Assembly: GCA_902773025.1 (NCBI GenBank)
Contig: CACYDC010000183.1
Location: 1-52,577 of the forward strand
Direction: 5' to 3'
DNA length: 52,577 bases
Source of the DNA: an uncultured Ruminococcus sp.
GTDB lineage: Bacteria > Bacillota > Clostridia > Oscillospirales > Acutalibacteraceae
Position 1 is the stretch's first letter. The number at the start of each line of letters is the position of its first letter. Made by a program: the position numbers and the translations under genes. This document shows positions 28,903 to 36,391 of the stretch, one piece after another. The notes under the pieces were generated by a model, which did not search any database, was not told the origin of the DNA, and worked only from the letters and a program-made list of their open reading frames with translations.

Positions 28903-29007
28903 CTATATAAAAAACTGCTTCAATGAAAAAAGATACAATGGAAGAACGAAAAAAGCACTGAAAGGAATAAAAGCAAGTATAAATAAAACAATATCCTTGG
29001 TTTTCAT
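28903..29007 (-). CDS. Candidate 34-aa single-TM peptide (below the ORF-track cutoff)
   Basis: Hand translation gives MKTKDIVLFILAFIPFSAFFVLPLYLFSLKQFFI. Its ATG overlaps the regulator's TGA stop (ATGA), which suggests translational coupling. Confidence 0.3.
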   Translation of the reverse strand: MKTKDIVLFILAFIPFSAFFVLPLYLFSLKQFFI

Positions 29008-29270
29008 TTTTGCCCTCCGAATTGACCGAACCATAGTAATATTTCGTCAAAAACACCAGTGTTAAGCTCGTAGTAAATGAAATTCTTATCCTTATATTCC
29101 ATAATTAAAGAGCATTTTTTTAACAGTCTGAGATGATAAGATAAAGCAGCAGGCGTAATTCCAAGTTTTTCGGATATTTCACCTGCATTGAGCTTACCGT
29201 CACGCAGAAGAATCAGAATATCTCTGCGCTGTGGGTCAGACAAGGCTTTGAAGGTTTCTGCAAGCCCCAT
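29004..29270 (-). CDS. ArsR-type winged-helix regulator of the SdpR autorepressor subfamily
   Basis: FKALSDPQRRDILILL ... AGEISEKLGITPAALSYHLRLLK ... IYYELN. About 88 aa, as in SdpR-like proteins. Confidence 0.88.
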   Translation of the reverse strand: MGLAETFKALSDPQRRDILILLRDGKLNAGEISEKLGITPAALSYHLRLLKKCSLIMEYKDKNFIYYELNTGVFDEILLWFGQFGGQK

Positions 29271-29280
29271 AGTACCGCCT

Positions 29281-29303
29281 CTGTTTAAAAAAACTTTAAA
29301 CAG
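29281..29303. promoter_or_regulatory. 9-5-9 inverted repeat abutting the regulator promoter and RBS (candidate operator)
   Basis: CTGTTTAAA-AAAAC-TTTAAACAG, directly downstream (minus-strand sense) of a TATAAT box. Confidence 0.5.
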
Positions 29304-29334
29304 ATTATATAATATAATAATAAGATTGTCAATA

Positions 29335-29360
29335 AGTATTTAAAAATATTTTTAAATACT
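29335..29360. promoter_or_regulatory. Perfect 12-2-12 palindrome (candidate ArsR/SmtB-type operator)
   Basis: AGTATTTAAAAA-TA-TTTTTAAATACT, verified base by base. Confidence 0.5.
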
Positions 29361-29442
29361 ATAAAGCTATCCATACTTTTGCCAATAATTTATAAAAAAA
29401 GGGAATTAAGGTTGTTATCCTTCCGAAAATATCGTTAATTTG

Positions 29443-29471
29443 TTGACAAAACGTAAATAAGAAATTATAAT
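29443..29471 (+). promoter_or_regulatory. Consensus sigma-A promoter of the glycopolymer operon
   Basis: TTGACA (29443-29448), 17 nt, TATAAT (29466-29471). Predicted TSS is near 29478, about 290 nt upstream of the first CDS. Confidence 0.65.
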
Positions 29472-29480
29472 ATTACTGAA

Positions 29481-29595
29481 TTATAACCGCAAAGTATGTC
29501 CCCCATCTTTAAGGCGGCGGAGGACATATTGCTTGTTGAAAGCAAAGCTTTTAACCGCAAAGTTTTGTCACTCTCAGTTAAGGCAGGGAGTGCTA
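29481..29595 (+). repeat. Tandem leader modules: AACCGCAAAGT + hairpin, twice, separated by TTGCTTGTTGAAAGCAAAGCTTTT
   Basis: 11-mer at 29485-29495 and 29553-29563. 24-mer at 29529-29552. Hairpins at 29496-29527 and 29569-29592 have different stems, and both loops contain TTAAGGC. Confidence 0.7.
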
Positions 29596-29766
29596 TACAA
29601 TAGTAGTACAGTGGAGTCAGGCCAAGCACTGAACTGAATTAAACAAAGGGATTGATTTTACTTGCATTGAGCGAAGTATATAATCAGTAATTAAATGGGG
29701 AACTATATTTGCGGTGTTGTGAATCAGTTTATCCCTTATTTCAAAAATATATAGGGCTGTGTTGTT

Positions 29767-30870
29767 ATGACGGTTTCTTTGTGTATTATTGCATATAACG
29801 AACAGAATTCATTACCATCGCTGATGAGTGATGTCCTTGCTCAGACATATCCTCATGAACTAACAGAAATTGTATTTGTTGACAGCTGTTCATCGGATGG
29901 TACTCGTGATTTATTTGAATCATTTTCAGAAAAATATAAAAATGAATATTTGAGAATTGCGGTTCTGGATAATCCCCGAAAAATCCAGGCTGCCGGTTGG
30001 AATACAGCAATAAGCTATGCAGGCGGAGATGTTATAATCCGGGTTGATGCGCATGCATCAATTCCGCCGCAGTTTATCGAAAATAATATAAAAACGATAG
30101 AGTCGGGGGAATATGTGTGCGGCGGGGCAAGGCCGAGCAATATTTCAGAGCCTACACCATACCGTGAAATGCTTCTTCTTGCAGAAAGCTCAATGTTCGG
30201 CAGTTCGATAGCATCCTACAGAAGACAAGGAAATGGTAAAGAATATGTTTCGTCACTGTTTCATGGAGCATACCGCAGAGAGGTATTTGGAAAGGTCGGA
30301 GGATTTAACGAATCTTTGGGGAGAACCGAGGATAATGAGCTGCATTGGCGAATAAGGCAGAATGGATATAAAATATGCAAGAGTGATGACATTATATCAT
30401 ATCAGAACATAAGGCCGACACTGTTTTCAATGCTCAGACAGAAATTTGCAAACGGAAAATGGATTGGGCTGACATTGGGTGTATGTCCGGGATGTCTGTC
30501 TGTTTTTCATTTTGTACCATTATGCTTTGTAATGGCAATAATAGTATGTATTGCGCTGATGGTGGTAGGTCTGTCAACAGGTATGAGCGTGTTTTCACTG
30601 CCAATAATTGGTTTAGGTATAATGTACGCAGCGGCTGATTTGCTGATGTCAGTGTCTGCAATAATATCTGTAAAGCAGTTCAATGGGTATATGCTGCTGC
30701 TGTGGTTAATATTTCCGATGCTCCATATTATATACGGGGTCGGCACAATAACAGGATTGATATATATGCCGATATGGAAAAGCCGGCTGGACGGTTCGGC
30801 AGAAAGAGAAATCGAAGAAGTTAAGAAACGAATAGCAGAAAAAACTGCAAAAACGGAGGAAATAACATGA
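29767..30870 (+). CDS. Family 2 glycosyltransferase (ExoA-like) with C-terminal membrane domain
   Basis: SLCIIAYNE ... VDSCSSDGT ... RVDAHA GT-A core, followed by about four TM helices. Confidence 0.85.
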   Translation: MTVSLCIIAYNEQNSLPSLMSDVLAQTYPHELTEIVFVDSCSSDGTRDLFESFSEKYKNEYLRIAVLDNPRKIQAAGWNTAISYAGGDVIIRVDAHASIPPQFIENNIKTIESGEYVCGGARPSNISEPTPYREMLLLAESSMFGSSIASYRRQGNGKEYVSSLFHGAYRREVFGKVGGFNESLGRTEDNELHWRIRQNGYKICKSDDIISYQNIRPTLFSMLRQKFANGKWIGLTLGVCPGCLSVFHFVPLCFVMAIIVCIALMVVGLSTGMSVFSLPIIGLGIMYAAADLLMSVSAIISVKQFNGYMLLLWLIFPMLHIIYGVGTITGLIYMPIWKSRLDGSAEREIEEVKKRIAEKTAKTEEIT

Positions 30871-31799
30871 CAAGTACTGATCTTGTGTTTGACAAAAGGG
30901 GAAGGGCAGCAAGATTTTTTGATGGAATAAAAGATGCATTGCTGCAAATACCAAGAGAGCACAGAGGTTTTGGAAAGCAGACAATAATGCTTGCAAAACA
31001 GGATCTTCTAAAAACATATAAAGGCGCAGTTATAGGACCGTTATGGGCGCTTGTAAAGCCGGTGTTTCAGTTATTTGTATATTGGTTTGCGTTCTCTATA
31101 CTAAGAGGAACATCGAGCAAGGAAATGGGCGTTGAGTATTTTCTGTTTATAATGTCAGGATTTGTGCCCTGGTTTTTCATGAGTGATTGTATTTCTCGCG
31201 GATCAAAATCTATAGCCGATAACCGGCAATTTGTAAATAAGGTATCATTTCCGGTATCTGTAATAATGACATATACTACGATATCAAAGTTTTACATTCA
31301 TGTATTTCTTTTATCACTGAGTTATCTTTATATAACACTTGTCGGAGGGATACACCCGAGTATTTATAACATACAGCTGATTTTTCTTGCACCGCTGATG
31401 TTTTTGTTTTTCCTTGCGCTGACGTGGTCTCTTGCGCCGATGAGTGCATTCAGTAAGGATTTTTCAAATTTTATAAATACAATAATGTCTGGATTGTTCT
31501 GGTTATCTGCGATCGGATACGATTCGTATACACTTAAAAATGAAACGATCCGAAATATTCTTTTGTTTAATCCGCTTGCTTATTTTGTAAATGCATACAG
31601 AAAAGCATTGATATGTAACTGCTGGTTCTGGGAAGCGCCGAATTATCCTGCAAAGCAGGCAGAAAAAATGCTTGCAGACGGTATACATCTCCATCCTTTA
31701 TGGGAGAATGCGATATTGATAGCAGAGTTTGCTTTTGTAATAATACTTGGCATTTACAATTATAACCGCTTGAGAAAAGATCTTCCGGATGTACTTTGA
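30867..31799 (+). CDS. ABC-2 type polysaccharide/teichoic acid export permease (TagG/Wzm-like)
   Basis: The N-terminus ...KQDLLKTYKGAVIGPLWALVKP... is typical of TagG/Wzm, with six TM segments. ATGA overlap with the upstream gene. Confidence 0.85.
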   Translation: MTSTDLVFDKRGRAARFFDGIKDALLQIPREHRGFGKQTIMLAKQDLLKTYKGAVIGPLWALVKPVFQLFVYWFAFSILRGTSSKEMGVEYFLFIMSGFVPWFFMSDCISRGSKSIADNRQFVNKVSFPVSVIMTYTTISKFYIHVFLLSLSYLYITLVGGIHPSIYNIQLIFLAPLMFLFFLALTWSLAPMSAFSKDFSNFINTIMSGLFWLSAIGYDSYTLKNETIRNILLFNPLAYFVNAYRKALICNCWFWEAPNYPAKQAEKMLADGIHLHPLWENAILIAEFAFVIILGIYNYNRLRKDLPDVL

Positions 31800-33076
31800 T
31801 AGAGGACATAAAGCGCGTTTGTTCGGCTGAAAACGAAGGCGGCATTGCCGCCATGGATAATAAAAGGGTGTGTGGAATGGAGGAAACGCTGTTTCAGAAG
31901 CTGCAAAGAGTCAGATTCGGAGATATCGGACATATGTTTCTGTTTTTGTTTGCATTGCCGATTGCTCTGATATATAAGCTTTTTCGCAGGGATATGTGGC
32001 TGATATGTGATAATAAAAACGAAGCAAGAGATAATGGATATCATCTGTATAAGTATATACGAAAGAATTATCCGGAGCAGGATGCAGTATATGCAATTAG
32101 TAAGAGATCTCCCGATTATGCAAGAGTTAAGGATCTTGGCAAGGTAGTGAATTACGGGACATTTCTTCATTGGATATTCTATCTTGCTGCAAAAAAGAAT
32201 ATCAGTTCACAAAAAGGCGGAAAGCCGAATGCAGCGGTGTGTTATTTTCTTGAGGTAAACGGAATACTAAAAAACACGAGGGTATTTTTGCAGCATGGTA
32301 TAGTAAAGGATGATATGCCGTGGCTTTATTATGTAAATACAAAGATGAGACTGTTTGTATGTACCTCGGCAAGAGAGGTAAAATATGTAAACGAAAACTT
32401 CGGATATCCGGAGGGATATGTAAAACAGCTTGGAATATGCCGTTTTGATGCATTGTTTGATATGCAGGTCAAGGAAAAACAGATACTTCTGATGCCCACA
32501 TGGAGAAGCTGGATAGCTACGCCGACAACGGCATCATATGAGATAGAAGATATATCCGAATTCAGGAATACGGAATTTTTCAAAGGCTGGAATGAATTTC
32601 TGGGAAGCGAAAGGCTTCACAATATTCTGAAGAAAAATGATTTAAAGCTTATATTTTATCCTCACAGAGATATGCAGGCGTTTCTCAAATATTTTGATAT
32701 AAGAAATGAAAATATAATAATTGCAAAATGGCCTGAATATGACGTTCAGGAGCTTTTGAAGGAAAGCAGATACCTTATTACAGATTATTCGAGTATAGCA
32801 ATGGATTTTGCATATATGAAAAAAAGACTTATGTACTATCAGTTTGATTATCAGGATTTTCGTAAGGGGCAGTATCCGGAAGGGTATTACAGCTACGAAA
32901 AAGACGGCTTCGGACCGGTATGCTATGAGCTTGATAAGGCATTAGATGAGCTTGAAGCAGCAATAAGTGAGAATTATGAGAATAAAGAAATATATCTCAG
33001 ACGTCACAGTGATTTTTTTGATTTATATGATAATCAGAACTGCGAAAGAAACTATCAGGCAATCAAGGAGTTATAA
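31796..33076 (+). CDS. CDP-glycerol glycerophosphotransferase family protein (TagB/TagF-like), stand-alone
   Basis: ARDNGYHLYKY, LLMPTWRSW and ITDYSSIAMDFAYM motifs. The start is uncertain (TTG 31796, or ATG 31853/31877). Confidence 0.85.
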   Translation: MIEDIKRVCSAENEGGIAAMDNKRVCGMEETLFQKLQRVRFGDIGHMFLFLFALPIALIYKLFRRDMWLICDNKNEARDNGYHLYKYIRKNYPEQDAVYAISKRSPDYARVKDLGKVVNYGTFLHWIFYLAAKKNISSQKGGKPNAAVCYFLEVNGILKNTRVFLQHGIVKDDMPWLYYVNTKMRLFVCTSAREVKYVNENFGYPEGYVKQLGICRFDALFDMQVKEKQILLMPTWRSWIATPTTASYEIEDISEFRNTEFFKGWNEFLGSERLHNILKKNDLKLIFYPHRDMQAFLKYFDIRNENIIIAKWPEYDVQELLKESRYLITDYSSIAMDFAYMKKRLMYYQFDYQDFRKGQYPEGYYSYEKDGFGPVCYELDKALDELEAAISENYENKEIYLRRHSDFFDLYDNQNCERNYQAIKEL

Positions 33077-33078
33077 AT

Positions 33079-34089
33079 ATGAATACAGCAGAGGCACAAA
33101 ACAAAATAGATTTCGTGCTGATCTGGGTAGACGGAAACGACCCTGAGTGGCTGGAAGAAAAGAGCCGGTATGACGGAAGTGCTGTTACCGGAAATACCGC
33201 AGTACGTTTTCGTGATTGGGACAATCTTCAGTATTGGTTCCGAGGAGTGGAGAGATTTGCGCCATGGGTCAATAAAGTGCATTTTGTAACATGGGGACAT
33301 TTGCCGAAATGGCTTGATACAACCCATCCAAAACTTCATATTGTGAATCACAGGGATTATATACCGCACGAATATTTGCCGACATTCAATGCAAATCCGA
33401 TTGAAGTAAATCTGCACAGGATCCCAGGACTTAGCGAACAGTTTGTTTTCTTTAATGACGATATGTTTATAACTGCTCCGGTAAAGCCTGAGGATTTCTT
33501 TAAAAATGGACGGCCATGTGATGCATATGGACTGAATTGTATATATTTTGTAGAGGACAGTGTCGGACATATCAATGGCTGTGATCTTGAACAGATCAAT
33601 AATCATTTCAAAAGCAGCAAGGCAGTGATACGGGCAAACAGAAGAAAATGGTTCAATGTAAAAAACGGACTGAGAAATAATATAAAGACCATGATGCTAA
33701 GCACATGGGATTGGTTTCCCGGATTTTATTATGATCATTTGCCCAGCAGTTTTCTGAGATCCTCATTTGAAGAAGTATGGGAAAATTGCGGCGAAGCGCT
33801 AGATAATACATGTCGCTGCCGTTTCAGAAGTGGTTTGAATGTCAATCAATGGCTGATAAAGTACTGGCAGCTGTGCAAGGGAATAAGTGTTCCAAGAAAG
33901 GAACCCGGAAAAGCATATCAGCTTAAAAATGAAGAGATTCCCAAAGCGTTGGCTGCGCTGAGAAACGGAACACATAAACTTATTTGTCTTAATGATACGG
34001 CTATGACAGCGGATTTTGAAAGGATTTGCAGAGAAGTTAAGGATAACTTTCAGAAGCTATTGCCCGAGAAATCTGCGTTTGAAAAATAA
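33079..34089 (+). CDS. Stealth family hexose-1-phosphate transferase, paralogue 1
   Basis: CR1 IDFVLIWVDGNDPEW. CR2/CR3 RFRDWDNLQYWFRGVERFAPWVNKVHFVTWGHLPKWL ... LPTFNANPIEVNLHRIPGLSEQFVFFNDDMF. Confidence 0.8.
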   Translation: MNTAEAQNKIDFVLIWVDGNDPEWLEEKSRYDGSAVTGNTAVRFRDWDNLQYWFRGVERFAPWVNKVHFVTWGHLPKWLDTTHPKLHIVNHRDYIPHEYLPTFNANPIEVNLHRIPGLSEQFVFFNDDMFITAPVKPEDFFKNGRPCDAYGLNCIYFVEDSVGHINGCDLEQINNHFKSSKAVIRANRRKWFNVKNGLRNNIKTMMLSTWDWFPGFYYDHLPSSFLRSSFEEVWENCGEALDNTCRCRFRSGLNVNQWLIKYWQLCKGISVPRKEPGKAYQLKNEEIPKALAALRNGTHKLICLNDTAMTADFERICREVKDNFQKLLPEKSAFEK

Positions 34090-34110
34090 TGGTATTAAGG
34101 AGATATGGAT

Positions 34111-35265
34111 ATGAAGCTTAGCTTGTCGAAAAATGATACTCTTGTAATAAAGGGAGTAGCTATTATTTTTCTAGTTTTTTACCATAGTATGGCAACAAAA
34201 CAAAGACTGCTGGGACATGATATAAGTTTTTTTCCGTTTACCAATTATTATGCATTTTATATATTTGAGAGTATGAATGTATGTGTCGGTACATTTGCAT
34301 TTATGTCATCATTTGGACTGACAAGAACAATTACTCATAAATATCTGAAAAACGGCAAATCTTCGTTAGGTGCTGCTGAAAGTACAGATTTTCTGACGAG
34401 GAGAACTATTTCGCTGATGATGGCTTTTTTTATTCCTTTTGTTGCGTGTACATCAGTATCGCTGATATTTGCGCACCATAATCCATACGGACACGGCGAA
34501 ACATTTGTATTGAATCTGATAATGGATATGTTAGGATTTGCAGGCGCACTGGGCACACCGATGATGGTAGGCACATGGTGGTATATGAGTTTTGCGCTGA
34601 TTATCATATTCCTTATGCCAATGACAGTAAATCTGTACAGAAAACATGGTATAGGAGTACTGATTCCGTTTATAGTACTTCCACTGCTTATAGACGCTAA
34701 ATTCTACAATGGAACAACACTGAACAATATGACACGCTGGCTGTTGTGTATTCCCTTCGGAGTAATGTTTGCGGACGGAAATATATTTGAACAAATGAAG
34801 GAAATGACAATAGGAAAGAATAAAGTACTGTCTAAAATTGTCAAATTTATTCTCTGGACAGCGATACTTTTGCTGGCTTTTCGCCTGAGAAAGCAGGTAT
34901 GGACATGGAAATTTGCATATTACATTATCAGTACCGTACTTCCTGTTATATTTGTATACTGGTTGTATGAGTTTGTATGCGGAGTTCCGATTATAAATAA
35001 GCTGTTTGCATTTTTCGGAAAATATTCCTCTGATATATTTTTTATGCATACCTTTATCAGAGCAGTATGGTTCCCTGATTTTACGTATTCACTGAAATAC
35101 TGGTATGCTGTATTTGCATTTGTAATGGGCGCATCGCTTGTAATGGCAATAGTTGCTGATCTTTTCAGAAAGCTGATAAGCTGGGGAAAGCTTACATCGT
35201 TTGTTTCTGAAAAAGCAAGCTGTCTGACTGCAAAGGCGCTGCCGTTACAGACCAAAGACGCATGA
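34111..35265 (+). CDS. Acyltransferase family 3 (AT3) integral membrane O-acyltransferase
   Basis: About 10 TM segments and the N-terminal IKGVAIIFLVFYH motif typical of AT3. Confidence 0.8.
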   Translation: MKLSLSKNDTLVIKGVAIIFLVFYHSMATKQRLLGHDISFFPFTNYYAFYIFESMNVCVGTFAFMSSFGLTRTITHKYLKNGKSSLGAAESTDFLTRRTISLMMAFFIPFVACTSVSLIFAHHNPYGHGETFVLNLIMDMLGFAGALGTPMMVGTWWYMSFALIIIFLMPMTVNLYRKHGIGVLIPFIVLPLLIDAKFYNGTTLNNMTRWLLCIPFGVMFADGNIFEQMKEMTIGKNKVLSKIVKFILWTAILLLAFRLRKQVWTWKFAYYIISTVLPVIFVYWLYEFVCGVPIINKLFAFFGKYSSDIFFMHTFIRAVWFPDFTYSLKYWYAVFAFVMGASLVMAIVADLFRKLISWGKLTSFVSEKASCLTAKALPLQTKDA

Positions 35266-35369
35266 TATATTAGTGATGAATTTATGCTGACGATTAGTTT
35301 AATGATATACCTAGTATGCCGGGATTCTGAACCTGAAGCGCAGTGTAAAATTGAAACGAGGATAAAGTG

Positions 35370-36374
35370 ATGAAAAATATTGATAAAATTGATTTTGTCA
35401 TGATATGGGTCGACGGAAATGATCCGGAATGGCAAAAGGAAAAAAATAAATATGATTCATCTGACGAAAAGGGTGACAGTACTGTTGTCCGTTACAGAAG
35501 CTGGGATAATCTTCAATATTGGTTCAGAGGTGTGGAAAAATTTGCGCCATGGGTAAACAAGATACATTTTGTTACATGGGGACATCTTCCGCCGTGGCTG
35601 AATAAGAATCATCCTAAGCTTAACATCGTTAATCATAAGGATTATATTCCCGAAAAGTATCTTCCGACATTCAATGCAAATACAATCGAGCTTAATTTTC
35701 ACCGTATTGAAGGGCTTGCAGAGCAGTTTGTGTATTTCAACGACGATATGTTTATAACTGATTATGTCAGACCGGAGGATTTTTTCCGGGGCGGCAGACC
35801 GATGGATACTTATTCGCTCGACTGTATATTTTTTGGTAAAAAGAGCGCAGGATTTTTTAACGGAAATGATATTGAGCTTATCAATATCAATTTTGATAAA
35901 CGAAAATGTATGAAGCGTGATTTTATGAAATGGTATAGCCTTAAAAATGGTTTGAAAAGGGTTATAAAGACAAATGCGCTGAATATGTGGCCGTGGTTCC
36001 CGGGAATATATTATAATCATTTGCCAAGTAATTTTCTTAAGGATACATTTGTCAGGGTGTGGGAAAAAGAAGAAGAAACTCTTGACAATACCTGTAAAGA
36101 TAAATTTCGTACAAAATCAAATTGTAATCAATGGCTTATGAAATTCTGGCAGCTTGCCGAGGGTACGCCGGTTCCGAGAAGTACAAAAATCGGCAGATGT
36201 TTTCATATCAAGGATAATATATGGGATAAAGCGCTTTCATCGATTGAAAACGGAAGATACAGACTTATTTGTATTAATGATACAATATATACGAAGGATT
36301 TTGAATTACAGAAACAGCAGGTAATAAATGCATTTGATAAGCTTTTGCCTGAAAAATCAGAATTTGAAATATGA
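35370..36374 (+). CDS. Stealth family hexose-1-phosphate transferase, paralogue 2
   Basis: Same CR1-CR4 pattern as 33079-34089, and more than half of the residues are identical by eye. Confidence 0.8.
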   Translation: MKNIDKIDFVMIWVDGNDPEWQKEKNKYDSSDEKGDSTVVRYRSWDNLQYWFRGVEKFAPWVNKIHFVTWGHLPPWLNKNHPKLNIVNHKDYIPEKYLPTFNANTIELNFHRIEGLAEQFVYFNDDMFITDYVRPEDFFRGGRPMDTYSLDCIFFGKKSAGFFNGNDIELININFDKRKCMKRDFMKWYSLKNGLKRVIKTNALNMWPWFPGIYYNHLPSNFLKDTFVRVWEKEEETLDNTCKDKFRTKSNCNQWLMKFWQLAEGTPVPRSTKIGRCFHIKDNIWDKALSSIENGRYRLICINDTIYTKDFELQKQQVINAFDKLLPEKSEFEI

Positions 36375-36391
36375 TAGCTGAGGAGAGTAAT

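Noticed and set aside
29695-29754. 19-aa leader peptide ORF (MGNYICGVVNQFIPYFKNI) in the operon leader
   Set aside because: There is no Shine-Dalgarno sequence upstream and no run of regulatory codons. It is likely non-coding.
29271-29766. Invertible promoter (inverton) upstream of the polysaccharide operon
   Set aside because: The palindromes found are compact and operator-like. I found no pair of separated inverted repeats flanking the promoter, and no recombinase gene is nearby.
33055-33606. 183-aa minus-strand ORF, and its counterpart at 35457-36020 (187 aa)
   Set aside because: Both are antisense to the two Stealth genes at equivalent positions. Their apparent conservation is a by-product of the conserved sense frames.
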